Shown piece after piece: positions 37,404-51,289 of a stretch of DNA of 64,000 nt. A model generated the notes under the pieces. The model had not been told where the DNA came from. It searched no databases and saw nothing but the letters and a program-made list of their open reading frames with translations. The position numbers were made by a program, and so were the translations under genes. The stretch is from Moniliella sp. 'wahieum' (taxonomy: Eukaryota). How positions within the stretch are numbered: the stretch's first letter is position 1; each line of letters begins with the position of its first letter. The stretch covers positions 1 to 64,000 of the forward strand of contig RSEE01000042.1 in NCBI GenBank assembly GCA_003971905.1. Direction: 5' to 3'.

Positions 37404-40400
37404 ATGCTCGCCAACGTTCGCCCCCCCGTTCTCGGCGCCACCACGCCTACCGCTTTGCTACCGGTCTCCGCATCACCTACATCCCCGCCCCATCCTCTAC
37501 GCCAACATTCCTTCTCGCCATCCCACTCTCATGCCCATAACCAGCAGGTCTTGCCACAGAACCAGACCCTACCCCACTCCCACTCCCATTCCCACTCCCA
37601 ATCGCCGTCCCAGGCCCCATCCAAATCCCCATCCCAGGTCCAGGTCCAGGCCCAGGCCCAGGCCCAGGCCCCATCCAAATCATCCTCTCAGTCCCAGTCC
37701 CACCCTCAACATTCTCCCCGCCCATCCCCCCACTCCAGCTCTGGCGAGCCCAGCGAGTCGCCCGGCGCATCGACCAATCGAGTCCGTACTCGGCGAGCTT
37801 GCGATTCGTGCCGGAGCAAGAAGACACGTTGCTTGATGCGCGATGACGAATCCGTATGCGAGCAATGCAAACTCTACTCGTGCGGTACGTTATTCTGCCC
37901 TCGTACCCTTCTTATCCCCCTCAGAGGGGGGAGGGTGGGGGACCTAATACAGTGTGGCTGACCCTTGTGTGCCGGTTACGTTGCTCCCCTTCGTCCTGCG
38001 TAGATTGCACCTTTTACCTCCCCATTTCCGAGACGCGCTTCAAACGCAAGCGCAATCGTCGCCCCGAGCCGGGCGAGGACCTGTACCACGACTGGCGAGC
38101 GAGCCAGGGCAACCCACTGAGCCTGCTGGGCCCCGGAATGCTCGCCAGGGAATTTGATCCCATCCCCGAAATCCCCCGCTCCACCTGGACATCAGGATGG
38201 CAGTATGCCCCGCCAGTCCACTCCCCTGCCCAGGGCCGCGCTTTCCCCCCTTCCGCCTGCCCCGGCTAGGCATCCCCCCCCCTCTCTGCCAGCTTGCCCC
38301 CGACCCACATCGCCATCCCCACGCCCACCCCACCCCACCCCCCTGTCCAGCCCTCGGTCCATGCCCTCGGTCCAGACCCAACCCAGACCCCGACCCCTCT
38401 CCAGCCCTCGGCTCCTGCCTCGGGCGCGCTCCTTGGCTTTCCAAGCATCGGCCCAGTCAGTGACGAGCAGGCGGACGGGCAACGATCAAGGAGACTGCCG
38501 TGCTTGGCCCCACGTCGATGGCCTTCCTGTTGCACTCGTCGGCCTATGTGCCGGAAGAAGCGCTGTGTACGCTAGACCAGCAAACGCACCAACAATTCGA
38601 CTCGAATGCCCAAGGTGATGGACATGTGCGCATTGACCCCATCCCACGCCAGGTACGGGACAAGACAGGGGAAGAGGCGCGGTATGCTGTGGCTACACCT
38701 CATGTGGTGCAGAGCCAACTCTCGCACGATGTGCGAGAACACTTGATCGCCTCGTACTTTGACTCGGTCGCGCCCCTGCACCCCGTCCTGAGCAAACACG
38801 ACTTTGTCCAGATCCAACCTTCGGCACCTGTCTTGCTCGTCTCGAGTATCATGGCTGCCGCGGCGCTGAGGCGTGACGTCCCTTCTCTGTCCTCTCGGCC
38901 GCACGAACGACGGTGAATGCCTTGCTGCGCGACTCGGACGTGTTATCCAGCTGTACGTTTGAGACGCTGTACGCCATGCTCATTCTCTCGGCGCACCAAG
39001 ACTTGCATGGATCGTTTGCTGTGCAATGCAATACCCGGTGTGGAACCGGGCTGGACTGGCCATCCGACTTGCCCAGGGATTGGGACTGCACCGCCACGCA
39101 GTCGACGTGCCGCTGACGCGGGCCGAAGCGGCGGTACAGGCGCGCAAACGACGCTTGTGGGGCCAGGTGGTCATGTACGATCGATGGATCTCCATCCAAC
39201 TCGGTCGACCATTTGGTGTGGACTTGACCGAGTGCGATGCGCCCTTGCCTGGTCCCGAGGAGAGGCCGACGACCCCACCCTATTGCACCAAGCAAACGAC
39301 GATACACTAGTGTTTGCGCGGGCGCTGGTGCAAGTGACGCTGCTCCTGGGCCGGGTGGCCAAGATGATCTACGGCCCGACGGGACTGATGAAGGTGACGG
39401 ATGGCATGGTGCGTCAGCTAGTGAGCGACTGGACCAATGGAACGCCGTTGCCCATTGGGCTGATATGGGAGCGTACGCCCACCGCCCGCGCGGGCATGCT
39501 CCACGTCTTTCACGCCGCAGCACAGATCTTACTCCACCGCGTCTTCTTCCGCTCGTCCTACGTCTGTCCCGCTCACATTGGCTTTACCGTCAGCCCCGAA
39601 CGACTGGCGCTGCTGGTGCACTGGGCCAAGCTGAGCGTACTCTTTGCAGAGACGAACGACGTGCCCCTCGACGTGTCGGGGGCAGTGACTTACTCGCTCG
39701 TGGTCTGTGCGACGATGCTCTACCACAGCTGCATCACCACGCGCGACGCGGACGCCGCCCACGCTCTGGTTCGTCTGCGCGAGACGCTGCACACGCATGC
39801 GCCGGCCCGAATCGCAGTGGCAAACGGTGCGCGACAGGACGGTGCAGATCGTGGGGTTGCTGTGCGACCTGGCGAGACAGGCTGGCCAGCTGGACCAGCA
39901 CGGCCGCCTTCCTAGCCCACTCAATCCCACATACGGCGTACGTGCCAACAACGCCACTGCCGCCACGGCTGCCACTGCAGCCACTGCCGCCAATGTCGCT
40001 GCTGTGCCCGGCGGCCTCCCTGTCCCCATCAGCGACGAGACGTCAACCTTGGCTCACCCCCCGCTTCTCTTCGGCATCACCCTTGTCGCCCTTGCCGCCC
40101 AGCTGGCCGATGTTGTCCGTCAGCATGCCTTTCCCCGTCGTCCTGGACCCAGCGTACCAAGCACGACTCCCGCCCGCCTGGCTTCCTCCGCTTCCTCTCT
40201 TCCACGCTACCCACCACCCCCGCCCCCGACGTACCCGCACCCGCACCCACCACGACCGAATTTGCTTCCCTCGTCACGCCCGTCCGTTCGACGCTGGTCA
40301 CCCACCCCACCCTCCGAGTTTGGATGCGGGTCCAACGATGCGACACGCTGCGACGCCGGCTGGACCGCCCGTTCCCGTGCCCGTGCCCGTCCCCACGCCT

Positions 40401-40773
40401 GGCGCCCATACCTTCCCCCCTCATACGCAGGAACCGTGGACGACAGTCCCTCAGCTACAGATGGACGCTTCGGGCGACTTGAACCCGTTCCTTGTTGGTA
40501 CGTCCTTTCCCCTCACCCCACTTTTTTTTCTTGCGGCTGTTAGACTTGAGATGGCGACCAACGTACCACGTACGAAAGAGAATGCTAACCCCTGCTTCTC
40601 GTTCTTCTCGTTGCTGAGAAACGATGCCCAATGTGGTGGAGTATGCGCCTTGGCAAGACTGGGAGCCCAGGGTGTCCACTTCACTTGCCCCTCCTACTGC
40701 TTCTACAGCCGGACCAACCTCGTTATTGCTTGCCCATCCGCATTTGCCACACCAGGGTCCCAATTTCCAATAG
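37404..40773 (+). CDS. Zn(II)2Cys6 transcription factor with fungal-specific TF (middle homology) domain
   Basis: RTRRACDSCRSKKTRCLMRDDESVCEQCKLYSC-(intron 37885-38003)-DCTFYLPISETRFKRKR gives Cx2Cx6Cx8Cx2Cx6C; LGPTS; HLIASYFDSVAPLHPVL; AGLAIRLAQGLGLHR..RKRRLWGQVVMYDRWISIQLGRPFGVDLTECDAPLP. 3' end approximate. Confidence 0.92.
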
Positions 40774-41447
40774 GATGCACTCTCAAATCTGCTTTCTTCT
40801 TTTTGCTTTCTGCTTTCCTTGGTCCTGTGTCGCACAGGAGGTACAGCGAGATCAGCCCCCTGATCGGTTGAACCTATCGCTAGTCCCTACAGCTTGTAGA
40901 TGCACAACATGATAGAGGTGAGTCATCTGTTGAAGTAGGTGTATAGGTGTAGGGATACGATGGCACCATGTAGGGTTTGCCCTGCTGCCTCTTTTTGCCT
41001 GTTCTCTATCAACGGTGGGATTCCTGCCCTTGTACCACCCCGGTCCTAGTCCACCCCAGCCAAAGACGCCGCAGCCCACTTCTGCAAGGTGGCCCCCGCG
41101 CCGTGCAGCCGTGCGGACGGACTGTAAGCTCATGGCCAGTGGAAATTGTTGACGGTCTCATCTCTCAGATCTCATCTCAGTATTGATCATCACCCATCAA
41201 CTGTTTCTTTCATCTCCTAGTACATGCACACCACACTACGACTGCACAAAACCTCTTTCTGATCCAGAATGCGCCTAGGCTCAGAGAGAACAAAAATGCG
41301 CTGAGCATTGACATTGGCAGTGGCAGTGGCAGCCGTGACAGTGACAGTGACATTGGCATCAAACGGGGCAGATAGAGGGGTGAGTTCGGGTCCCAGATCA
41401 AATGTCAAAGCAAGAAGGACATTCTACCCGGAGAACCAGAGACACAA

Positions 41448-42863
41448 TTACAGTTCGGCCTCCTGCTCATACCCCCCCTCCTCGTCGTCGAGGTACTCTT
41501 CTTCGCCATCGTCGATCCCAGCCTCGGCGTACTGCTGGTACTCGGCCACGAGAGGTCTTGCAAGTTGGATTCGGCCTCGGTGAACTCGAGTTCGTCCATG
41601 CCTTCCGAAGTGTACCAATGCAAAAACGCTTTGCGACGGAACATGGCCGAAATTGGTCCGACACGCGCTTGAACAAATCTTGAATCGCCGTGGAATTGCC
41701 AATAAACGTCACTGCCATCTTCATCCCGCGCGGCGCAATGTCACAATGGGCGGTTTGGACATTGTTCGGGATCCATCGACAAAGTAGGACGCATTCTTGG
41801 CTTGTGTCGCTTGCATTTGATCTTCCACACTCTTCATCGACATGACACGGAAGTACCTCCACAAGTGAGGTACCGTCCCTGTCCGCGGGTCCGCCGCGGC
41901 CATCATGTTTTTGCTTTCAAACATTTGCTGCGTAAGCTCAGGCACCGTCACTGCGCGGTACTGTTGACTACCACGAGCGGTGAGCGGGCAAAGCCCACCA
42001 TGAAAAAGTGCAGACGCGGGAAGGGAACCATATTGACCGCGAGCTTGCGCAGGTCCGAGTTCAGTTGGCCTGGGAAACGAAGACAGGTGGTAATGCCCGA
42101 CATGACCATCGAGACCAGATGGTTCAAGTCGTAGTACCCGGGCGCGGGGAGCTTGAGCGTCCGGAAACAAATGTCATACAACGCCTCATTGTCAATGCAG
42201 AACGTCTCGTCCGAGTTCTCGACCAACTGGTGCACGGACAAGGTCGCATTGTACGGCTCGACCACCGTGTCGGATACCTTGGGCGAAGGCAGAACCGAAA
42301 CGTAGCCATCATACGGTCGGGGAACTCTTCCCGGATCTTGGAGATGAGCAAGGTGCCCATCCCGGACCCCGTACCTCCACCGAGAGTGGGTGATTTGGAA
42401 GCCTGCAACATGTCGCATGCCTCGGCCTCTTTGCGCACCACATCCAGCACCGAATCCACAAGCTCAGCACCCTCGTGTAGTGGCCCTTGGCCCAATTGTT
42501 GCCAGCACCCGACTGGCCAAACACAAAGTTGTCGGCCGGAAGCCCGCCCATCTGGCCCGACCGAATCGAGTCCATCGTACCGGGCTCCAGGTCGACCAGC
42601 ACGGCGCGCGGCACATAACGCGCGTTGCTGGCCTCGTTGCTGGGGGTAGGCGGACACCAGAGTGACACGTGTCAGTGCGCTAGATGGAGGAAGGGGGGCG
42701 GGGGGACAACATACTAGTACACATCGATCCGCTCCAGCTGGAGGGGCGAGGTGCCGACGTAGGCGCCGGTGCCGTCGATGCCGTGTCGTCGGAGAGGACC
42801 TCCCAGAACTTGGTGCCGATCTGGTTGCCGCACTGGCCGGTCTGAACGTGGACGATCTCGCAT
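41448..42863 (-). CDS. TUB2: Beta-tubulin
   Basis: [130 protein letters not shown], acidic tail; one intron ~42640-42715; many 1-nt deletions. Confidence 0.97.
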
Positions 42864-43369
42864 GGCGTCGAGGAGGCGGAGGAGGAGGAAGGGAGGAGGA
42901 GGAAGAGGTGGTGGTGGTGGGGAGGCGGGAGAAGAGAGAAGAGACCGCACACGGATCGCGGAAGGACTGGCGAACCAAAAGCCTTCGAGAAGATTGGAAG
43001 CGACGCGTGTTGGGGAGGGACGATCAGCGATCCCCACGTCACCCATCGCCCCCACGCGTCCCGTCCGCCTTTTTGCCAACAGGAACAACTTCAGGGCAGG
43101 CGTGAAACGGACGGGTGCGCCTCCTCGGCGGCCCATTCGCCTCCGTCCACCGTCTCGAACACACCGCCTCCCCACCGCCTCGCCGCCCCCTACGCCACCT
43201 TTTTTTTGCGCACCGTCGCGACCCCCTCCTCTCTCGCCTTTCTTTCGGGTATGGGTCGTGCCCCATCGGGAGCGCGGCGGGCAACGTGGGGGGGCGCTGA
43301 CGTAAGCCAGCGGCTAGTGGCGGCGGCGGATCGCCAGGTGTTCTCGCTTCCATCTTCCGTCGGGCGGCG

Positions 43370-43970
43370 ATGGTGTTTGTGCGCGCTGGGCTCGCCGTGC
43401 TGGGCCGCGGGCGGCGTCCCCTCGGCGCGACGCGCTCGCTGCTCGCCATCCCGGTGGTCGTGCCGGCCCCGCCTTCCCGGTCGCCTTCCCGGTCGCCTTC
43501 CGGTTCGCCGTGCCGGTTGCTCGCCGCGCTGTGCAGCAGTGCCCGCGCGCCTCGGCGTTACAGGCACTGCCGCACATGATCACCCAGAAACCATGGAGCG
43601 CCAAGGTGATCATCCTCATGTGCCTCGCTAGCTTTGTGGGCTCGTTTCTGATGGGCTACCGCGCGAGCGAACAGTGGGTCCAAGATAACCCAGCTACGTC
43701 TTTCAGCGTCTCGGTTCCGCCGGGCCAGCCGTGGCCGAAGTTGCTGAGCGTCGCCTACGGGACCGAGCGGTGCTTCCTCGGATGCTACTGCTTCGGCCGA
43801 GGGAGGAATTGGACGAGGTCCAGCGCGCCAAAGCCCAATTGGCTGCGCGCAAGAAGGATTGGCGATCAGTGTTGCCGAGGCGTGGGACCGCAGCATGCGC
43901 GCGGTGAGCTTCGTCGCCCATGGAGAACGTGCTCAACGTTTAGCACGTAGGCGGATCCATCCGCCATTCG
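43370..43970 (+). CDS. Small hypothetical single-TM protein, possibly mitochondrial
   Basis: Arg-rich, acid-free N-terminus MVFVRAGLAVLGRGRRPL; TM segment VIILMCLASFVGSFLMGY; coiled-coil-like REELDEVQRAKAQLAARKK in a shifted frame; divergent from beta-tubulin. Confidence 0.5.
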
Positions 43971-44514
43971 GAAACGAAGAATACCAAGCTCGCGTTGTGC
44001 GGAATGGACAACAAGCGCGCCCGTTTGTGGCGGTGGATTGATTGCCTTCTTTGTCTGAGGTTGGCTGGGCGTTGGGAACAACCAAGGTCTAGCCGTGGTC
44101 TCTCCTCTTCTTCATCTCTTCGCTTCTCTCTTCGCATCTACATCTGTATCCTGCTATCCTACCACATTTGTGTCCATGAAACGTGCATGTAATGCAGAGC
44201 CAACGCATAGGATAGGAGAAATGCCAGGAAAAAGCAGTAGCAAACAGGAAGAGCAAGAGAAAGGGAAAGGGAAGGGCAAGGACAGGGAAAGGGCAAGGGA
44301 AACCAGAGGGAAAGAGAATGTAGGAGGAGGAAAGCAGCAAGGGCAAAGGGGAAGAAAAGTCCAGACCTGCAGGGGAGCACCAATAAGTTCGTTGGTTCGT
44401 TGGTTAATTGGATCGTTGGTGAGGTAGGATGGAGGGCCAATCAGGTGGCAATCCGGCCCGCAAGGCGGACTCAGACTCGATTGGTGGGCGCACGCGCTCA
44501 ACATGCTCACATGC

Positions 44515-47500
44515 TCACATGCCCTCGGTCAAGACACGTTCAATCAAGTGATTCAGCACCTCCTTCTTGGCCCAAGGAAGTCGCATACTTCTTCTCGAGC
44601 TGCAACCAGAATTTGCTTTTTGGCAACTTGGGACAAATCGGCCGTGGCCAAGAGCGTACATCCGCTTCCAACATCGCGTCCGTGGGAAGTCCCGATGGAA
44701 CCCCATACGCACTCTCTCGCATCGCACCGGGCGCCGCTCCCCCCCCTCCGGGCGTAGCGTAGCCCCCGTACCCACTGCCGTACCCCGTACCCGCCGTACC
44801 CGGGCCCACCAGGCGTCATGGTCCCCGCCCCAGGCCCTGCACTCGCCAACTGGTGCACCGATCCCGTACCGTACATCGAAGCCATCTGCGCTGGCGTCGT
44901 GTACCCAGACCCGGGACCGTACCCCGCCGGACGCACGTGGCCCGAAAGGTGCGATGGAGTGTAGACAGAAGCATCGGGATCTTTCAGGTCGTTGCCGCCG
45001 TACTGCGAATGCATGTCCCACTGCGACCCGTACATGCTTCCGCCTCCGCCTTTTCGCGCAGCGAAGGTGCCGAAGGCGCATAGAGCGTAGGTTGCTGTGA
45101 AGCCGACGCATCGGGGTGCGTACCGCCCTGCACAATCGAGCCAATCGAATGGTTCGACCCACGCTCCCACAGCTCATTTTCGTAATCGCTCCATGTCTTG
45201 AGCGGAATCTCAGCCGGGTCAAACGCACCTTCTTCGTGGATGACTACTTTTGACCCGTCTCCCAGTCACGACACGCGTTGCCCCATGAAAAGTCGTCCAT
45301 GTGCCAAAAGGAGTAGAGGGGCAAGAAGAGCGACCAGACGGGGATACCGACAATGTACACCGCCATCCACCCAATCATCTCAAACTTGCGGTGCAGCAGG
45401 AAAATGATCGCTTGCAGACCATAAATCGCGCACAACAGAATGATCGAAGTAAGGGGGATCGTGCCCAGGTGAGCGGCCACCTCGACAATCAGGTACACAA
45501 TGTACGCCACCGTCACGGGCGCAATCACCGTTGACAGCAAGTCAATCATGACAATAAAACGCATCGAGAACTGCGTCGGAGCACACCAGACACTAAGATC
45601 AGTCACTTCGTCCGTGGAGAGCAATAACAACAACAAAAGAGAATAAAAAGAAAAAGAAGGGAACCAGAAGAATCCAACAACGTACACAGCAAAATCCGCA
45701 CAAGCCCGGTGTCCAAATCAGCTCAAACAAGTTGTGTACCGTAGAGTTGATCCAGCGACGACGTTGGGAAAGCAAGACCCCCCAAGCATCGGGCGCCGTC
45801 GTCTTGCACTTGGCCGCACCGATGAACTGGGTCTTGTATTGAGGGAAGTGTTTGAGAACAAGTGTGGTCAGGTACCGGTCCTCGCCCAAGTGGAGCAAGT
45901 TTTTGGTGTGCAACGTGTCTACCCGGTTCTCGCTGTACTCGTCCACCACCACTGACGCAATGAAGAGCGGGCGGTGGGTGTCAGGCGTGCGAAGACGGAA
46001 CATGGAGAAACACCGGGCAGACAGGTAACACTGGCAAAGAGCGACTCGAACGCTTTGGTCAGGTAATGCGAAATGTAGTATTCGTATACTTGCAGCATGG
46101 TGATAAAGCTTTGTTTGGCATTGCTCAATGCCGTCTCGCCACAGAGCCCAACCACTTTCTTGTCCTTGGTAAAGAAGGAAATAAAGTGAGCTAGACACAT
46201 CGTATCCACCTCCGTATCGGCATCCACTTGCAACAAGTACTCGTAAAACGACGGGTTAACCCCAATCACGTTCTTGATCTGGTGGTACATTTCCAACTCC
46301 ATCGGCGTCATCGGCAGACCAAAGTGGACCTTGTTAAAGAAGCGCATCAGAATCAATTGCGAATCCCGCTTGCCTCGGTTGCCTGGGCGTGCCCGCTCAG
46401 TCGGCTTGCCACACTTCGCCACCACCAAGTAGGGCACCACGTGGCCCAGATGCTCGTACAGCCCCGAATAGATTTTGGCCATGTTGTGTTGTTTGCTCCC
46501 TTCGCCAAGCGAAAAGTAGGAAAGCGGCTCGGATCCACATTAGGGTTGGCCCCCAAAATGTCAAGCACATGCGCGGCGTAGGACGGTCGTTGCCACTGCC
46601 CACAATCATACCGTCACAAATGATCAGCAGCAATTTTCTCTTATCGTCATACCGCATCGCAGCAATCGAGTTGAGCGTCTTGCGAATCTCCTCGTCGCCT
46701 TCAGTGTAACAGGGTACTTGGCAAATCACAAACTTGTCCGATTCCGGCGGCGTACGCGTCGTAGTGAACTGCAGCGCCGACAAGAACTTAAACCCAATGA
46801 TCGAGACCATAAAGATGGACAGAGCAAGAAGAATGTAGTTGGCAAACTTGCACGCCGTGTCGTTCCGATGGTCCACCTCTCCAATCAAAAAGAGGTTGCG
46901 TAGACACACACGCTGCCGTTCCTTGATGGCCGGATCAATCTTGAGGGCATTCAGTTTCTTCGTAATGTCACCACCCTGTGCCGACTTGAACAGAGCAACA
47001 ACCGAACCATCGAGGAACGCAGCGTCCACCCCATCCGGTACCTGTTGGCCCTCGGGGGCTTGGAGAACGCCTTGGTCGCCTTGGTTAACATAATCCGTAA
47101 TCTCATACACCTTGTCTTCGTAAATCGCCACAATCCGGCCATCGCCAACAAAGTCCTTGACGGCCGACTTGGTGTAGCCCATGAATCCAACACGCGCTTG
47201 CGACCGCATCACCCACATCTGCTCATAGTACCAATCGGGACGAGCGTCATTGGTGTGGATGGTGCGGAAGTCGTGGTACTGCATGTTGGTGTCCGTCTCA
47301 TTTGTCGACGAGAGCTGGACCCAGGGGGACACAGTGCCCGTCACACCGTTGCACAGCGCATTGACCTGGACAGGGAAGATAGGGGTGGCATCTTGCCCGG
47401 TAGCGCATCAGTTGCTTGGTCGGCACGACCGGGATCGTGGCCCGATGGTTGGTCGCAATTTTGGTCAGGTCAAACACTTCCCCGCGGATGGAGGTGAAGG

Positions 47501-50500
47501 CATGAGCTGGATTCTTGTGGCTGGCAAACTCTTGGGCATTGTACACGTGCTGCGTGGGGCAAATGACGCGACCGAGCACGCAATAACAAACACGCACACC
47601 CGCACGTAAACCAAATCATCAGGTTGATCGCCAACTTTTCCCGCCAGGCCATCCGAATGTCGGGCCGCTTCATCCCGCACCAATTCAGCACAAAGCTCGG
47701 GACCAGAACGTCAAGGCCCACGTGATAGCAACCCATTGCTTGCGCGCCGACGTCGTCGGCACTTCCTCTGCCACGGCCCCTTCGTCCAATTTGCGCGCTA
47801 CCTCTTCGTCTCCGCCCACTGACGTCATGGGCTTTCTCCACCGGCTGGCAGGCCAGCAAACATATTGTGCGACGGCGCATACACGTCCGACCCCATCACC
47901 GATGCGGGCGCAGCAGAGCCCGAACGGAGACTGCGAGCGTCCTCGCCAAACTGGTCTTGGGGAACAAGAAGTGTTTCGCCGTCGTGTGCATGCGCTCCGT
48001 CGCCCGGCAAGCTCCGCGGCTCCGTGTCCTGCATCTCGTGGTCTGCAAACATGTCACGCGTATCGTCGTTATTGAACCGGGTCGATTCGTCCAGCAGGCC
48101 ATTGGGCGAATACGGATCGACATACTCTTGTCGCGCCAGCCCTTGCTCGTCAGCCAACACACGTTTCTCATGCGCGCGCATCTCGTCCGGATCATTAGCA
48201 CGGATCTCATCCTCCAGCTCGCGGAACGCAGAAAAGGTGAGGAAGGCCTTGACCCGCCCAGCGGCAGCATGGTACTCGTCCCAATCCATCACCTCCTTGG
48301 CCGACATGAACTTCTGCTTGGCTTCACCGCCGATCGCGCCGGCCAAGTTGAGCGCGCGCAACGACGGAACATCGGCGTACCGCTCGCAAAATTCCGCATA
48401 AGTCATGCTCACGCTAAAGTCGGCCACCAATTTGCGTGCCATCTCGGCCAAGCCAAGTGAAGCCACCTGTTCCTTGAGAACCCGGCCATCGACCTGATTC
48501 GGCAGCTGACTCTCGTTGGGACGGAGACAGAACACAAACCAAGGCTTCGTTTCATTAAACGTCTCAAACAGGGTCTTGAACGCGGAGCTAAATTCGCCCA
48601 ACACGCCACAGATGGCACCAGGAGCTTTGCTGTCTTTACCCGCGTTCGGCGCCTCGTAATCATCTTCCTCCTCTTCCTCTTCACCCGCCCGACGCACCGT
48701 CCCACCCCGGCGCAGCGTCGCGCCGCGATTGGGACGGCGCACTGAGGGCGCCCGCGTGGGCTCAATGGACTGCTGGGCCGCCACAACGGCACGTTGGTTG
48801 CGCGGGTCGGTTTGGGTTTTGAGTACGTTGGAAGCAAACAAGGACCGAATGAACGGAGAGTTGGAACCGGGGCTGCCGCCTGAAGCGGGGGACGACTCGC
48901 TGATGCTTCGCAACGGCGCTTCGCCCGCCGAACTGCCCTTGAGCAAGCTAACAAAGTCGGGGTTGACAGCCTCGTCGTTCTTTTCCAACAGGCCCTCCGA
49001 GGTGTAGGTCACCGGGCCTGCATAGTGCGAGACGGTAAAGGTAGCAAAGCCAGAGCGACCTACGGGACCCACCTTGAAGGCCGGATGGTTGCCCCAGCGC
49101 TTGCCAAACGCATCGACCATAGTGTGGTCGTTCTTTTTGGGCATGCGCCGGGTCTGATCGTCAATAATGTGGATCAGACCGCCGGGCTGGTTGAGGAAGA
49201 GACGAAGGGATTCCGAGTTGTCAAAGTAGCTCACTTCGGGAGCGAGGTGGGCAATGCCCTCGTCAATGTACTCGTCGCGCTTGCTTTCAAAGATGGAGTT
49301 GAGGCACCAGTGGTGCAGGTACTCGTTAGCAAAGTTGACCACCAGCTGGTCGAGCGAATTGGCGTTGCGCGCGGGCAAGTTGACAAAGCCAGGAATGTCG
49401 ACCAATCCCACGTAGCAATCAAAGTTGTCGCGACTGAGTTTGGAATTGAGCTGTTCGCACAGCCACGAAGACAACAGTCCATACAAGTTCTTGGCCAAAT
49501 CGTCCCGGTTCGCCGTTGCGCCATCAGCGTCGCAGAGGATGGTGCAGACTTCATGGCGGATCAATTTGGTTTTGTACGTCAGTGCTTCTTGCAGCGCCAG
49601 GGTCGTCACACCGAGGAAGCGAGCGGCCAAGCCAAGGGCCGCTGGATTGCGCACCGACGCAGCGTCGGCGGTACGGGAGGATTCCTGGTAAAACTCCACG
49701 TTACCCAGATGGAGGATGGCGGCGAGGACCTGGCAAATGTTGGCGACTTGCTTCTTGGTCAAACCCACATTCTTAAAAGCCTGCTTGAGTTTGGCAAACT
49801 TGATCGCGTCAGCACGGAGCGTTTCGGGGTGCAGGCCGCGGCCGCCAGCCTCGAGGTAGCGGAAGGGCGCGCCCTGTTCAAATGCCATAAACTCTTTCTC
49901 CTCCCCAGAGGCACCGGCAAAGAGGTAGTGCAGCACATGGAACGTCCGTTCGCCCGCCGCATGGTTGACGACCAAGTTCTTCTGAAGGAAATACTCGAGC
50001 ATCTTGCACCCTAGCAACTTGCCCGACTCGTGGAACTGCATCTCGCTGTACCGCGCCACCGCCGAGGCATCCGAATTGTCCGGGGTATAGTGCTTGCTGA
50101 AACTATCGAGGATGAACTCGGCGGCAGGGATCTGGAAGGCGAGCTTGCTGCCCCGCTTTCCGGGCGGGGGACGCCGAGCTCGAGGAGGGCCTTGATGGCG
50201 AGGCGGCGGATCTCTGACTTGCCGGACGCCGTCTCACCGCTGAGAAGGAGGGAAGGGGGGAAGGTCAGTCAGTAGGGGTGCCCTGCACAACGGGGGGGTG
50301 GGGGGGCACGTACTCGATGAGCAGGCCCTGGTCCTGGCCGGTGCGGAGCATGTAGTAGTAGGCGCGGCCGACGAGCTGGAAGATGTGGGGGGGGAGGATG
50401 CGCATGCGGCGCTCCTTGCGGGGCTCGCGGGTGTCGGCGACATACTCGCGGAGCGTCTCGAGGGCGTTGACAGAGGCAGAGGCGGTGGGAGCGGCAAAGG

Positions 50501-50660
50501 AGGCGGAGGCAGGGGCGGCGCTAAAGGGGTTGAGGGCGACGAGGACCGAGTCACTGATGTCGGTGTAGACGAAGCCAGAGAGGAAGCGTTCGCGGACGGC
50601 GGCAGCGAGGGCGTCGCTGCTGAGGCTGGGCAGCTCGGAGAGCCGCTCGAACGAGGCCAT
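44515..50660 (-). CDS. mcs1: Class V chitin synthase with N-terminal myosin motor domain (myosin-17, Mcs1/CsmA type)
   Basis: Myosin head: [21 protein letters not shown]-loop [55 protein letters not shown]; cytochrome-b5-like [12 protein letters not shown] core: [82 protein letters not shown] tail. Introns ~50242-50312 and 45571-45685. Confidence 0.96.
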
Positions 50661-51289
50661 GGCCAGCGGACGGGAGGGCGCAGAGGACGGCGGCGGGCGG
50701 GAAGGCGCTGGTGGTGGTGGTGGTGGTGGTGGAGGCGGGCGGGAAGGCGCTGGTGGCGGCGGCGGCGGCAGCGGCCGAGGGGCTGCCGGGAGGCGCAGGC
50801 GGAGCATCCAGCCGTGGCGATCGCCGCCGCCGCTTGCCACCGCCAGCGTGCACACTGGCCCCGTGCCGCGCGGCGCCGGGGCTCCGGTGGTGGGTGGTGG
50901 GTGGGCTGCCGCGCACGGGGGCAGTGCGTCCTGCGCCAACCCTACGGGGTGCTTCTACGATCCAACCCTACGCCTGCGCCACTGCGCCACGGCGCCACGG
51001 CGCCACCCACGGCGCTCTGGTCTCCCCCCCCCCGCCCGGCGATCCAGCCAACCCTAGCTACGCGCACGCCACGCGGCTGGAAAGCAATGCGCTCTGGCAA
51101 ATTTCAATCCTCCACGTGAGGCGTTCCAAATTCCACCACAGCCGAACCCCCTCGAGCAGCATCATGCATCAACCTTCAATAGACTGGCAGAACAACTAAG
51201 CGCGTAGTGCTAAGCCCTCGTTTCCATCCCCACACCCCGTCTTTCCACGCCATTCCAGTTCAAATCCATTCCGCAGTCCCTCGCCGCCA

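Noticed and set aside
49025..50014. Long antisense ORFs (e.g. 329 aa opposite the myosin domain; 544 aa alternative frame at 39237-40871; 372 aa at 17938-19056)
   Set aside because: Shadow or alternative-frame ORFs expected from high GC3 codon bias and low-complexity repeats; no recognisable domains.
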